A stretch of DNA of 64,000 bases from a virus: positions 1-64,000 of IMG/VR virus record IMGVR_UViG_3300028394_000044. One strand, written 5' to 3'. Numbering within the stretch: the first letter of the stretch is position 1; every line of letters begins with the position of its first letter. Of the stretch, positions 10,216-20,461 are shown piece after piece. Below the pieces are notes generated by a model. The model was not told the DNA's origin and did not search any database. It worked only from the letters and a program-made list of their open reading frames with translations. A program made the position numbers and the translations under genes.

Positions 10216-10548
10216 TTGGCTGCATTTACAGAAATTGTTGTTGAGCAAGGGGCAACGTTTGAGACTAAACTCAACGTTGAAGATTCGTATGGAACGGCAA
10301 TTAATTTGTATGCATATAGTGCTAGTTCACAAATGCGTAAATCGTATTACTCATCTACAAGTTATGCATTCAATTCAAGTGTAACTGGTACAGCCAATGG
10401 TGAAATCACTCTTCGGATGACCGCTGCTAATACTGCAATTTTATCATCAGGTCGTTATGTTTATGATGTTAAAATTACATCTCCAGCCAATACAGTAACT
10501 AGAGTTGTTGAAGGAATTGTGACCGTATTACCCTCTGTAACGAGATAA
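10216..10548 (+). CDS. Small conserved virion protein (Ig-like/BppU-like fold)
   Basis: VEQGATF..SQMRKSYYS..GRYVYDV..VTRVVEGIVTV.PSVT motif; TTG start with SD AAGGA. Confidence 0.65.
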   Translation: MAAFTEIVVEQGATFETKLNVEDSYGTAINLYAYSASSQMRKSYYSSTSYAFNSSVTGTANGEITLRMTAANTAILSSGRYVYDVKITSPANTVTRVVEGIVTVLPSVTR

Positions 10549-10550
10549 AT

Positions 10551-10808
10551 ATGGCAATAACCGCACGCATTCAACAACCAGGAACAATAGGTAAAGTTGT
10601 AGTAAGACCTACAATTAGAACCACAATTGCAGATCCAAAGTATAAACCTGAATTACAGGTTTCCATTTACGATTTAACTGATGTAGATTTAATAACAAAA
10701 AAACAAGGTGATGTTATTCTGTATGATTCTGCAACAAATCGTTATAAGTCAGCACCATTTGGTGATGCTGAAATAAATGTTCCATTGATTTTTGGTGGTT
10801 ACTTTTAA
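10551..10808 (+). CDS. Small fibre adaptor protein ending in GGYF
   Basis: LTDVD...GDVILYD motif common in phage fibre linkers. Confidence 0.5.
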   Translation: MAITARIQQPGTIGKVVVRPTIRTTIADPKYKPELQVSIYDLTDVDLITKKQGDVILYDSATNRYKSAPFGDAEINVPLIFGGYF

Positions 10809-10829
10809 AATAATAAAAAAAGGAAAAAA

Positions 10830-12479
10830 ATGTCTAATACTGTAATTCAACTAAAATATTCTAACGTAACCAATAAACCGCCTACGTTGAATGTATCCGA
10901 ACCAGCATACTCAAGTGTATCTGGTACCCTTTGGATTGATGATGGAACTTCTGTTGTTGCTATTGGTGGTAAAGCATACACCACAAAAATTGACAATGCA
11001 ACTTCTGCGGCTACTGCAAATACTTTAGTCCTGCGTGATGCCACAGGCAATGCATCTTTCAATTACGTCACCGCTAACATTAATGGTAATATTTACGGTA
11101 ATGCTACAAGCGCAGATAAATGGTTTACTGCTAGAAATATTGGAGTTTCTGGAGATGCAACGGGTATTGTTTCTGTTGATGGAACAGCAAATGCTAATAT
11201 TCCATTAGTTCTTTCCAACTCCGGCGTAAGTGTAGGAAATTATGGTGGATCAACTAATGCCGCAGTAATTTCTGTGGATTCAAAAGGTCGTATAACATAT
11301 GCTGCTAACGTTGCTATTTCTTCATCACTAAATTTTGCGGGTGATGTTGGTGCTGCGCCAGGTAGCTTGTCTCTAATTACTGACACATTGAATATCAAGG
11401 GAGGTTTAAACGGTGGTATCAGCACAAATGCAATTGATGCTAACAATACAGTACTTGTTAGTGTTGATAATACTGTTCTTAGAAATTCTGGAAATCAGTT
11501 TATTACAGGCGACTTGTCACTAACAGGGAGTTTGTTTGTTGCTGGTAATACCACAACAGTAGATACTACAACAGTATCCACTGCTGATTCTTTAATTAGA
11601 TTAGCCGCTAACAATACAATAAGCGATGTTCTTGATATTGGTTTCTATGGTAAAGCAAATACAGGAACATCAGTTACTCATCACGGTCTTGTTCGTAGAG
11701 CAGGAACTGGTAATGATTTCTTTTTATTCAAAGGATTAACTTCCGATCCAACATCAAATGTTTTGGCCACAGGTTCAGTAACGGCTGCTAATACCGCAAC
11801 ATTGAGGGCTAACCTAACTGGCGGTATGATTTCAGCACTTGCTAATACAATTAGCGTTGTTGACGGTGGTACTGGTGCAGGCACATTTGCTGTTGGTAGC
11901 ATTATAGTTGGTGATGGAACAAACTCATTAAAAGTACTCGCTAATACAGGTACGGCAGGAACATATGGTTCCACATCTAACACATTAATTGTTACTACAG
12001 ACTCTTACGGTCGGGTATCATCAGTTACAAATAGTGCAATTCAAATTGACGCATCTAATATTGTATCTGGTAAATTGGCAATTACAAGAGGCGGCACAAA
12101 CAACGATACCTATACAACTGGCGCCGCAGTATTCTATGATGGTACTGCAATCAAAACATTAGCAAATACTGGTTCAGCAGGATCTTATGGTTCAGCATCT
12201 TATGTTCCAGTTATTACAACTGATGCTTTTGGTCGAGTTTCTGGTGTAAGCAATACTGCAATAAATATTGATACTAGTGCAGTTGTTTCTGGTACATTTG
12301 GTGTTGCAAGAGGTGGTTCAGGAGCATCTTCATTCTCAATTAAAGGTGTTATTGTATCTGATACATCATCGACAACTGGTGCATTGTCTTCATTGACTTC
12401 ATCAACAGAAGGTCATCTATTACAAATTAGTTCATCAGGAGCACCAACTTTTGCACACTTGAGCGGCGGAACATTTTAA
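10830..12479 (+). CDS. Tail fibre protein (Mtd-N-like N-terminus, VDSKGR/TDSYGR repeats), ends in GGTF
   Basis: MSNTVIQLKYS..PPTL N-terminus; G.YG....I..D..GRV repeats typical of fibre shafts. Confidence 0.65.
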   Translation: MSNTVIQLKYSNVTNKPPTLNVSEPAYSSVSGTLWIDDGTSVVAIGGKAYTTKIDNATSAATANTLVLRDATGNASFNYVTANINGNIYGNATSADKWFTARNIGVSGDATGIVSVDGTANANIPLVLSNSGVSVGNYGGSTNAAVISVDSKGRITYAANVAISSSLNFAGDVGAAPGSLSLITDTLNIKGGLNGGISTNAIDANNTVLVSVDNTVLRNSGNQFITGDLSLTGSLFVAGNTTTVDTTTVSTADSLIRLAANNTISDVLDIGFYGKANTGTSVTHHGLVRRAGTGNDFFLFKGLTSDPTSNVLATGSVTAANTATLRANLTGGMISALANTISVVDGGTGAGTFAVGSIIVGDGTNSLKVLANTGTAGTYGSTSNTLIVTTDSYGRVSSVTNSAIQIDASNIVSGKLAITRGGTNNDTYTTGAAVFYDGTAIKTLANTGSAGSYGSASYVPVITTDAFGRVSGVSNTAINIDTSAVVSGTFGVARGGSGASSFSIKGVIVSDTSSTTGALSSLTSSTEGHLLQISSSGAPTFAHLSGGTF

Positions 12480-12501
12480 ATTATATTGAAAGGATTTTAT
12501 T

Positions 12502-13065
12502 ATGGATGTGAGATTACAAAATGCTTATGTGGAAGTTCTGCTTTCCAATTTTATGGAAGTTGTAAAGCAGAATTTAATGTTCCAAGCACAACTTGAAGTA
12601 AATAAAAATAGTATACGGGAAGCAGAAGATTCGATAAAAAAATTAAAAGAAGTTTCTGATTCAAATATTCAATACCAAAATCAAAGTGTTGAAAAAGACA
12701 AAATTATAAATCAATTGACCACCGAAAGGGACAACTTAAAAAGTTCCGCAGGATCAAATAATTCTGTACTTCAAGAAAGAGATAGATTGCAAAATGCAGT
12801 TAATGACTACATGAGGCAATTAAAAGATACACAGTTAGAGGTGTTAAAAGTTAAGAGTGAATCCCAGGATGTTTTATTGCAAAACAATAATAGGATTGAA
12901 GAACTCACTAAATATGTAACTAGATTGGAAGCTGTAGTTTCAGCAAACAAACTTAAAAAAGTTAAACTTGGTGAAATTGTTCAACCCGATTCTCCAGAAT
13001 TTACAGATAAAATGTCGTTAGAAATTACGAGTAATGATAGTGTAAAGTCTGGAGGAACATTCTAA
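12502..13065 (+). CDS. Coiled-coil protein, probable fibre assembly chaperone, ends in GGTF
   Basis: Long heptad-rich Q/E/K sequence within the fibre locus; SD AAGGA. Confidence 0.5.
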   Translation: MDVRLQNAYVEVLLSNFMEVVKQNLMFQAQLEVNKNSIREAEDSIKKLKEVSDSNIQYQNQSVEKDKIINQLTTERDNLKSSAGSNNSVLQERDRLQNAVNDYMRQLKDTQLEVLKVKSESQDVLLQNNNRIEELTKYVTRLEAVVSANKLKKVKLGEIVQPDSPEFTDKMSLEITSNDSVKSGGTF

Positions 13066-13075
13066 AATTCAGTAA

Positions 13076-14041
13076 ATGGCCAATACAATAATTAAGTTAA
13101 AAAATTCGGGCGCAATAGGTAATGTACCAACTATACTTTATCCGGGTGAACTTGCTATCAATTATGGTGATGGTAAGCTATACTACGGCAATTCGACAAA
13201 TAGCGCAGTTCCTTTTAACACCACATTTCAACCGGTTGGTCTAGATCAGGAAATTCAATTTAACGATTTGGGTAGCTTTGGTGCATCTGCAAATCTTAAA
13301 TTTAATAAAACTACAAAAACTTTAACTACCGATAACCTTATAGTCACAGGTAATATTACCAGTAATATTATCATAAGAATCGGTGATGTTTCAAACTCAG
13401 CATTTGGCCAATCAAACTCAGCTTTTGGTCAGGCTAACTTAGCATTTGACAAAGCTAACAGTGCCAATTCTTTGGCTCAAGCGGCTTACGATAGAGCTAA
13501 TTCTGCTAGTGGCACAGTTTATTCAAGTACGCCGCCAGAATTTCCAACAGTAGGCCTTCAGTGGGTAAATACAGATACTGGAATAAAATATGATTACACC
13601 AATGATGGTGATTCATATCAGTGGATTGAATTAGGTCCAACAACAGTTGCTGTTCCAGTTATTGGTTACACAACACAAGTAGTTTTGGTTGGAACAACTG
13701 AAGGTAGTTCAGAGAAAGAAATCTTTGTCAACGGAATTACCAATAATAGAATTCCTGTTAATGCAAACAAAACAAGCTACTACACAATTGATGTTGTTAC
13801 TAGAAGAACTGATGTACCAGGTGAATCTGGTTCTTTCTTTTTGAAAGCAACGGCTGCAAATAATTCAGGTACTGTTTCCGATGTTGGTGCAGTTTATGAA
13901 GTTGTAGTTGCAAGAGATGATGTAGGATTTACTGTAGATGCTCGGGCAAACAACACCACAAAGTCTATAAATATATACGTTACAGGTGTTACTGGCAAAA
14001 CATTAAACTGGAAAGCCGTAGTTACCACATTAGAGGTATGA
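13076..14041 (+). CDS. Fibre adaptor/branch protein (Mtd-N-like N-terminus)
   Basis: MANTIIKLKNS..P..LYPGELAINYGDGKLYY; SAFGQAN repeats; GLQWVNTDTG..YQWIELG domain; C-terminal domain paralogous to 28534..28995. Confidence 0.6.
   Translation: MANTIIKLKNSGAIGNVPTILYPGELAINYGDGKLYYGNSTNSAVPFNTTFQPVGLDQEIQFNDLGSFGASANLKFNKTTKTLTTDNLIVTGNITSNIIIRIGDVSNSAFGQSNSAFGQANLAFDKANSANSLAQAAYDRANSASGTVYSSTPPEFPTVGLQWVNTDTGIKYDYTNDGDSYQWIELGPTTVAVPVIGYTTQVVLVGTTEGSSEKEIFVNGITNNRIPVNANKTSYYTIDVVTRRTDVPGESGSFFLKATAANNSGTVSDVGAVYEVVVARDDVGFTVDARANNTTKSINIYVTGVTGKTLNWKAVVTTLEV
13966..13973 (+). promoter_or_regulatory. T4-type late promoter TATAAATA (inside upstream CDS)
   Basis: Exact consensus 75 nt upstream of the 14048 start. 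Confidence 0.5.
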
Positions 14042-14047
14042 GTAAAT

Positions 14048-17000
14048 ATGGCGTATAATTTTCCTAGTGATCCAGCTTTAGGTCAAACATACTCTTTCGG
14101 TGGCAAAACTTGGAAGTGGAATGGATATGCTTGGGATTTATTACAAGGTCTACTTCCTCCCGCATCAGGAAATAATTCATTAGTTCTTTCATCTGACGGA
14201 ACAAATTATGTTTTTACTGCTGGCGGAGCATCACCTGACATTTATGCAAGAAACAAAGCAAACACTGCATATAATGTCGCAAGCCTTGCATACGATGCCG
14301 CTAATAACGCAGTCGATACTTGGGTAAGACAAGCGGCTAATAGTGCTAGTGCTTATGCCAATTCAGCATTTGGTCAAGCTAATACAGCATTCAATAAAGC
14401 CAATTCTGCATATGATGTTGCGGGTCTAGCATATAATGCCGCAAACAATGCAGTAGATACTTGGGTAAGACAGGCGGCTAATAGTGCTAGTGCTTATGCC
14501 AATTCAGCATTTGGTCAAGCTAACACAGCATTAATTGCGGCCGCAAATGCAGTATTATCAGGTCAAGCAAACGTAGGTGCTGGACTAATTACCATTACTT
14601 CCGCTTATCAAGCTAACGTAGGTGCTGGTCTTATTGTTGTAAATGGTAGACTCAACTCGTCTTTTGACCAAGCTAACTTAGCTTATAATGCCGCTAATAC
14701 CGCAGTTACAACCGGACAAGCTAACGTTGGTGCTGGTCTTATTGTTGTAAATGGAAAAATTAGTTCCGCATTTGACCAAGCTAATCTTGCATATGGTGCG
14801 GCTAATACGGCAGTTACTACCGGACAAGCTAACGTTGGTGCAGGATTAATTGCAATAAGTTCTTCACTTACTTCAGCTTACCAAGCAAACGTAGGTGCTG
14901 GATTAATTACCATCACTTCAGCTTACCAAGCTAACGTTGGTGCCGGAATTATTCTTGTAAACAATAGAGTTGGCTCAGCCTTTGACCAAGCTAACTTAGC
15001 TTATAATGCCGCAAATAATGCGGTAGATACTTGGGTAAGACAAGCAGCCAATAGTGCTGGCGCTTATGCAAATGCCGCTTTTGATAAGGCTAATTCAGCT
15101 TATAACGTTGCGGGTCTAGCGTATGATGCCGCCAATAATGCAGTACTATCTGGTCAAGCAAACGTTGGTGCCGCAGTAATTACTATCACTTCGGCGTATC
15201 AGAATAACGTTGGTGCTGGACTTATTTCTACTACAAATGCTTACCAAGCAAATGTTGGTTCAGCTAGAATTGAAGTTCTTGGTCGTGCAGACTCAGCATT
15301 TGGTCAGGCTAATCTTTCTTATAATACGGCTAACTCTGGTGTTGGTATTGGTACTTCAGCATTTGGTCAGGCTAACTTAGCATATAACACCGCAAACTCT
15401 GGTGTTGGTATTGCTACATCCGCTTTTGGTCAGGCTAACTTGGCTTATACTACAGCCAATTCTGGAGTAGGAATTTCCACTTCAGCTTTTGGTCAAGCTA
15501 ACTTAGCATTTGATAAAGCAAATTCTGGTTTTGGTTTAGCTACATCATCATTTGGTCAAGCTAATCTTGCTTATACTGCGGCTAATTCTGGTATTGGTAT
15601 TGCTACATCAGCCTTTGGTCAAGCTAACTTAGCATTTGATAAAGCAAATAGCGCAAACATTTTAGCACAAACCGCTTACGATACAGCAAATACTAAATTC
15701 AGTTCTTCTGGTGGTACAGTTTCAGGTAGTGTAACAATTACAGGAAACTTAACTGTTTCGGGTAATGTAACAAGTATCTCAGCAAATAATTTGTCTATTA
15801 AAGACAACATGATTTATTTGAATTCGAATAGTGATGTTGCTAACCCAGATTTAGGTTTTGCTGGTAATTATAATGATGGTACATATCATCATACAGGTTT
15901 GTTTAGAGATGCATCGGATGGTATTTGGAAGTTTTTTGATAATTATCGACCAGAGCCTGATGCATCACCGTATATTGATACTTCAAATTCAACATTTAGA
16001 ATTGCAGGATTAACTGCCAATTTGATTACTGATGTTATTAGCGTTCGTGGCATGGATCCATTAGATAGAGCCAATAACGCATTTGGTCAAGCCAACTTAG
16101 CTTATGATGCCGCTAACAGTGCTGTTATTGTTGGTCAAGCTAACGTAGGTGCTGGACTTATTGCAGTTACTTCTGCATATCAGGCAAACGTTGGGGCTGG
16201 TCGTATTGCCGACCAAGCCTCTGCACAAGCAAACGTTGGTGCAGGACTTATCAGTACCACTTCAGCTTATCAGGCTAACTCTGGTGCTGGTTTAATCTCT
16301 CTCAGTTCATCATTAACTTCCGCATATCAAGCTAACTCTGGTGCTGGACTTATATCTTTAAATTCCAGTTTAACATCAGCTTACCAAGCAAACGTAGGCG
16401 CCGGTTTAATTGCCACAGCGAATGCGGCTCAAGCTAACGTAGGCGCAGGACTAATTTCTTTAAACTCAACATTGACTTCAGCTTACCAAGCTAACGTAGG
16501 TGCCGGTTTAATTACACTGAATTCAAATTTAACTTCTGCATATCAGGCTAACGTAGGTGCAGGACGTATTGCCGACCAAACCTCTGCACAAGCTAACTCC
16601 GGTGCAGGATTAATATCATTAAGTAACACTTTAACTCCAGCATATCAAGCTAACTCTGGTGCTGGACTTATATCTTTAAATTCCAGTTTAACATCAGCTT
16701 ACCAAGCTAACGTTGGTGCTGGTTTAATTGCTACTGCTAATGTGGCTCAAGGAAATACTGGTGCTGGATTAATTTCATTGAGTTCAGCTTTAACCTCTGC
16801 ATATCAAGCTAACGTTGGTGCTGGTCGTATTGCCGACCAAGCCTCTGCACAAGCTAATACTGGCGCTGGTCTAATCACCGCTAAAGCTAACTGGGAAGCA
16901 AATACTGGTGCAGGTTTAATTACCGCTAAGTCCACTTGGGAAGCAAATACTGGCGCTGGATTAATTACAAAAGTATCTAAAGCTGGTGATAACATGACTG

Positions 17001-17368
17001 GTGGTTTATATGCACCATCATTAGCAGCTAATACGACAGTTACAATTAATACTGCACTAACACAAGGTGCAACAGTAGTTACAACTGCAACTACATCACA
17101 AATTACATTAGATTCATTCTCTACAAGCACATATCGTTCTGCAAAATACTTTGTCCAGATGACTAGTGGTTCTGCATATCATGTTATTGAACTAAGCGTT
17201 CTACATGATAATACAACTGCATACTTAACACAATATGGTGAAATTAAAACTGGGGCTACATTGGGTGTATTCGACTCAACGATCACAACAGGCACATTAA
17301 GTCTACTATTTACACCAAATAATTCAATAACTACAGTTAAGGCAAGTTTTAACAAGATTGCCGTATAA
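14048..17368 (+). CDS. Long Ala/Asn-rich coiled-coil fibre protein
   Basis: MAYNFPSDP..GKTWKWNGYAW N-terminus; dozens of SAFGQANLAY and YQANxGAGLI repeats; C-terminal DSFSTSTYRSAKYFVQ..HD..AYLTQYG domain. Confidence 0.7.
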   Translation: MAYNFPSDPALGQTYSFGGKTWKWNGYAWDLLQGLLPPASGNNSLVLSSDGTNYVFTAGGASPDIYARNKANTAYNVASLAYDAANNAVDTWVRQAANSASAYANSAFGQANTAFNKANSAYDVAGLAYNAANNAVDTWVRQAANSASAYANSAFGQANTALIAAANAVLSGQANVGAGLITITSAYQANVGAGLIVVNGRLNSSFDQANLAYNAANTAVTTGQANVGAGLIVVNGKISSAFDQANLAYGAANTAVTTGQANVGAGLIAISSSLTSAYQANVGAGLITITSAYQANVGAGIILVNNRVGSAFDQANLAYNAANNAVDTWVRQAANSAGAYANAAFDKANSAYNVAGLAYDAANNAVLSGQANVGAAVITITSAYQNNVGAGLISTTNAYQANVGSARIEVLGRADSAFGQANLSYNTANSGVGIGTSAFGQANLAYNTANSGVGIATSAFGQANLAYTTANSGVGISTSAFGQANLAFDKANSGFGLATSSFGQANLAYTAANSGIGIATSAFGQANLAFDKANSANILAQTAYDTANTKFSSSGGTVSGSVTITGNLTVSGNVTSISANNLSIKDNMIYLNSNSDVANPDLGFAGNYNDGTYHHTGLFRDASDGIWKFFDNYRPEPDASPYIDTSNSTFRIAGLTANLITDVISVRGMDPLDRANNAFGQANLAYDAANSAVIVGQANVGAGLIAVTSAYQANVGAGRIADQASAQANVGAGLISTTSAYQANSGAGLISLSSSLTSAYQANSGAGLISLNSSLTSAYQANVGAGLIATANAAQANVGAGLISLNSTLTSAYQANVGAGLITLNSNLTSAYQANVGAGRIADQTSAQANSGAGLISLSNTLTPAYQANSGAGLISLNSSLTSAYQANVGAGLIATANVAQGNTGAGLISLSSALTSAYQANVGAGRIADQASAQANTGAGLITAKANWEANTGAGLITAKSTWEANTGAGLITKVSKAGDNMTGGLYAPSLAANTTVTINTALTQGATVVTTATTSQITLDSFSTSTYRSAKYFVQMTSGSAYHVIELSVLHDNTTAYLTQYGEIKTGATLGVFDSTITTGTLSLLFTPNNSITTVKASFNKIAV

Positions 17369-17371
17369 ATA
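17364..17371 (+). promoter_or_regulatory. T4-type late promoter TATAAATA
   Basis: Exact consensus overlapping the stop codon, upstream of 17403. Confidence 0.6.
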
Positions 17372-17402
17372 TAATAATAACAGACTAAGTGGAGAGTGAA
17401 AC

Positions 17403-17834
17403 TTGTCAAATCAAAATTTTATAGTTAAGAATGGCTTAACCGTTGGTACAACTGACGTAATAGCGGCAAATGGCGCATGGACTGGATTACCATTTAGTTC
17501 AGTTGCTTTTGCATCAAACTCAGGTAATACTAGCAATATTAGTATCACTAATGATACGACAACAAGTGCAGTCGTGTTTCCTGTTTGGTCGACCGCAAAC
17601 ACAGGCAATATCTCTCTTAAAGTAGCATCAACGAAATTAACATATAATCCAAGTACGGGAGATATGAAATCTACAGCATTCGTTGCTAATAATGGCGTTA
17701 TGGTTGTTGGTACCACGGTCACAGAAAATTATACAATTGCTACTGGAACAAATGGATTATCAGTTGGTCCAGTTACTATTGCCAATGGCGCAACTCTTAC
17801 ACTGTCTTCTGGACAGAGATATATTGTCCTATGA
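17403..17834 (+). CDS. Short fibre adaptor protein
   Basis: TTG start with GGAG SD; NFIVKNGL N-terminus; KLTYNPSTG and C-terminal NYTIATGTNGLSVGPVTIANGATLTLSSGQRYIVL modules. Confidence 0.6.
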   Translation: MSNQNFIVKNGLTVGTTDVIAANGAWTGLPFSSVAFASNSGNTSNISITNDTTTSAVVFPVWSTANTGNISLKVASTKLTYNPSTGDMKSTAFVANNGVMVVGTTVTENYTIATGTNGLSVGPVTIANGATLTLSSGQRYIVL

Positions 17835-20461
17835 GTAGCATATCTTCAGGCACACTAGTTAATACCGGTTTAGTTGTTGCATCAGATACATCCGGTAATT
17901 TGGTTGTAAAAACTGGAGCCACAGGTAATACTGCGGCAGTTTTTGATGCTAATGGTAGTGTCAACTTTGGTTACTCAGTTACTCATGGTGTTGGTACAGC
18001 CAACGGCGTTGCCTACCTGAACGGTAGCAAAGTCGTAACCACAGGGTCTGCACTAACGTTTGATGGAACAAACTTTGCCACCACCGGAACGGCAACGGCT
18101 ACAAAACTTATTCCCACAGGAACTAGCGTAACGGGCAACGGTATGTACTTGCCTGCCACCAATTCAATTGGCATTTCTACGGCAGGTACAAACGCTGTTT
18201 ACATAGACGCAAGCCAGAACGTAGGTATTGGGACGAGTAGTCCTGCTGGTAAGTTAGATGTTACAGGCAGTTTAGGTAAATTTACTATTGATGCCTCTGG
18301 AACGTCCGTATCCTTAACTTACGGTGTAGCAAATTATATTCGCGCGTCATCCGCAAGTGGTAATTTAAATGTTGGTGCTTATGACTATCTTTCATTTCAA
18401 ACTGGTTCTGGATTTACGGACCGGATGCGTATTGACTCCTCCGGTAACGTATTTATTGGAGGCAGTAGCGGCCTAAGCGCAGAACGTTTTTACGTTAGGG
18501 GGGCTACTCTTGGCGGCACATCAGGTAACACTTCATACAACAGTGTGTTTTATACACCTGACGTTACAAACGCGACACGGCTGAGTATTCTCGACTATCG
18601 CTTTTCAAACGGTACAAGTCATATATCGTCTAGAAACCTGATCCAAAGGACTGTGGATGTTACTAATATGGGATATGTAGGGTTTGACAGTTATGCCACC
18701 TCAATTGGGTGGGGGACAACCGAAGCCATGCGTATCGACTCCTCCGGTAACGTAGGTATTGGGACGAGTTCGCCAGCGGTGAAACTGGATGTCAATGGAA
18801 TTACTGGTTGGCAAGGGGGCACAACTGGTCAAACGGCGCAAATTGTTGGTGCGTCAAGTGGCATAAATGGCGGTGGTAACTTTAGGGTTTTGAGCAACAC
18901 CACACAAGCCGTAGATGTTGGAGGCGCGTTAACGCTTGGTGGATACTATACAAGCACAACAGCTTCGGTTGATTTTGGCGTTATTCTGGGGGCCAAAGAA
19001 AATAGTACTAGTGGTAATACTGCTGGCTATTTAGCGTTTGGAACACGCCCTAATGCTGGCAACATGACCGAACGGATGCGTATCGACTCCTCCGGTAACC
19101 TTGGACTGGGTATTACTCCGAGTGTTTGGACTACTTTTTCATCCGTATTTGAAGTGCCCGGCGGCGCTTTGGCAGGTATTTCGGCTAACCAAATAGGTGT
19201 TTGGCAAAACTGTTTTTATAACTCGTCATCTTTTAAATACAAATCTTCTGCTGGCGCTACTTTGTATCAGCAAGCGGGATCGAGTCACGTTTGGTACAAC
19301 GCCCCCTCTGGCACAGCAGGTAATGCCATCACGTTTACTCAGGCGATGACGCTAGATGCAAGTGGGCGACTGTTAATTGGAACTACAAGCGGCGGCGCTC
19401 CTTTGGTTGTTAAAGTTGCAACAAATGCAAACTTTGCAGTGCAAAACGCAAGTGGACACCTCCAATTGCAGGGCATTAACGATGCTGGTAACGCTTTTGC
19501 ACAGCTTGACCTTGCTGGTTCATTTATTACTCTTAGTCCAGCATCCTCTGAAGCTGTTCGTATAGACTCCAGTGGCAATTTAATTGTTGGTGGCACTTCT
19601 CCATTTGGTCTTATTACTTCCCTAAAAAACTCAGCAGGTGGTTACTCTTCAGCTTTTACTGCCAGAGCAATAGGTGGAGCAAACAGTCAACTGACTGGTT
19701 ATTCGTTCATGCCAACTTTTGGCAACACAGCAGATTACACACCACGCCGCGCTGCTGATATGTGGGGCGGTTTTAACGCTGGTAACTGGGGTACTGAGTT
19801 CTTGGCGTTTGGTGTTGGCACAGGCACAGGCAACGATGGTGGTAGCTTAACCACTGAACGGATGAGAATTACGGGCGATGGTGCCGTATTGGTCGGAAGC
19901 ACCAGTGCTATTGCTGGCTATACACAAGTAAGCGTCACAGGATCAAGCACCAACCGTGGTGCATTTGTTATGGGTCGAACAACGGCAGCAACAACTGGTG
20001 TGGCTGGTACGCTGGTAGCCTACAACGGTAGCAACGCCGTTTGTGGCATGGATTTCCAATCCAATAGCGCAAATAACAGCGGCTACATTGGTACATATAC
20101 CTACAACGCTGGTGCTTTTGCTCAAGGTCCATATCTCAATACTGGCGGCACAAGTTGGACAACAGCATCAGATCAGAATCTAAAAGATGTCACGGGCGAA
20201 ATCACCAACGCCCTGAACAAAGTGTCTCAAATTCGTGCAGTTGAATTTACTTGGAAAGCAGACGAATCCAAAAAACAACATGTTGGCTTTATCGCTCAAG
20301 ATGTGCAAGCAGTTTTGCCTGAAGTAATTGACACTGACACTAATGGTTATCTTGGCGTTCGGTACGCTGAAGTTACTTCGTTGTTGCTTGCCGCAATCAA
20401 AGAACAGCAAACTCTTATTGAATCACTTACAACTCGCCTCACGGCGCTGGAGCAAACATGA
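17831..20461 (+). CDS. Tail fibre with MRIDSSGN modules and C-terminal S74 intramolecular chaperone
   Basis: Repeated (E/D)RMRIDSSGN(V/L)GIG; SDQNLK..GFIAQDVQAVLPE..AIKEQQ S74 signature; visibly higher GC than its flanks. Confidence 0.8.
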   Translation: MSSISSGTLVNTGLVVASDTSGNLVVKTGATGNTAAVFDANGSVNFGYSVTHGVGTANGVAYLNGSKVVTTGSALTFDGTNFATTGTATATKLIPTGTSVTGNGMYLPATNSIGISTAGTNAVYIDASQNVGIGTSSPAGKLDVTGSLGKFTIDASGTSVSLTYGVANYIRASSASGNLNVGAYDYLSFQTGSGFTDRMRIDSSGNVFIGGSSGLSAERFYVRGATLGGTSGNTSYNSVFYTPDVTNATRLSILDYRFSNGTSHISSRNLIQRTVDVTNMGYVGFDSYATSIGWGTTEAMRIDSSGNVGIGTSSPAVKLDVNGITGWQGGTTGQTAQIVGASSGINGGGNFRVLSNTTQAVDVGGALTLGGYYTSTTASVDFGVILGAKENSTSGNTAGYLAFGTRPNAGNMTERMRIDSSGNLGLGITPSVWTTFSSVFEVPGGALAGISANQIGVWQNCFYNSSSFKYKSSAGATLYQQAGSSHVWYNAPSGTAGNAITFTQAMTLDASGRLLIGTTSGGAPLVVKVATNANFAVQNASGHLQLQGINDAGNAFAQLDLAGSFITLSPASSEAVRIDSSGNLIVGGTSPFGLITSLKNSAGGYSSAFTARAIGGANSQLTGYSFMPTFGNTADYTPRRAADMWGGFNAGNWGTEFLAFGVGTGTGNDGGSLTTERMRITGDGAVLVGSTSAIAGYTQVSVTGSSTNRGAFVMGRTTAATTGVAGTLVAYNGSNAVCGMDFQSNSANNSGYIGTYTYNAGAFAQGPYLNTGGTSWTTASDQNLKDVTGEITNALNKVSQIRAVEFTWKADESKKQHVGFIAQDVQAVLPEVIDTDTNGYLGVRYAEVTSLLLAAIKEQQTLIESLTTRLTALEQT

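Noticed and set aside
14250-16970. Dense short direct repeats resembling a CRISPR array
   Set aside because: All in-frame coding repeats with degenerate third positions; no constant repeat/unique spacer pattern and no cas genes
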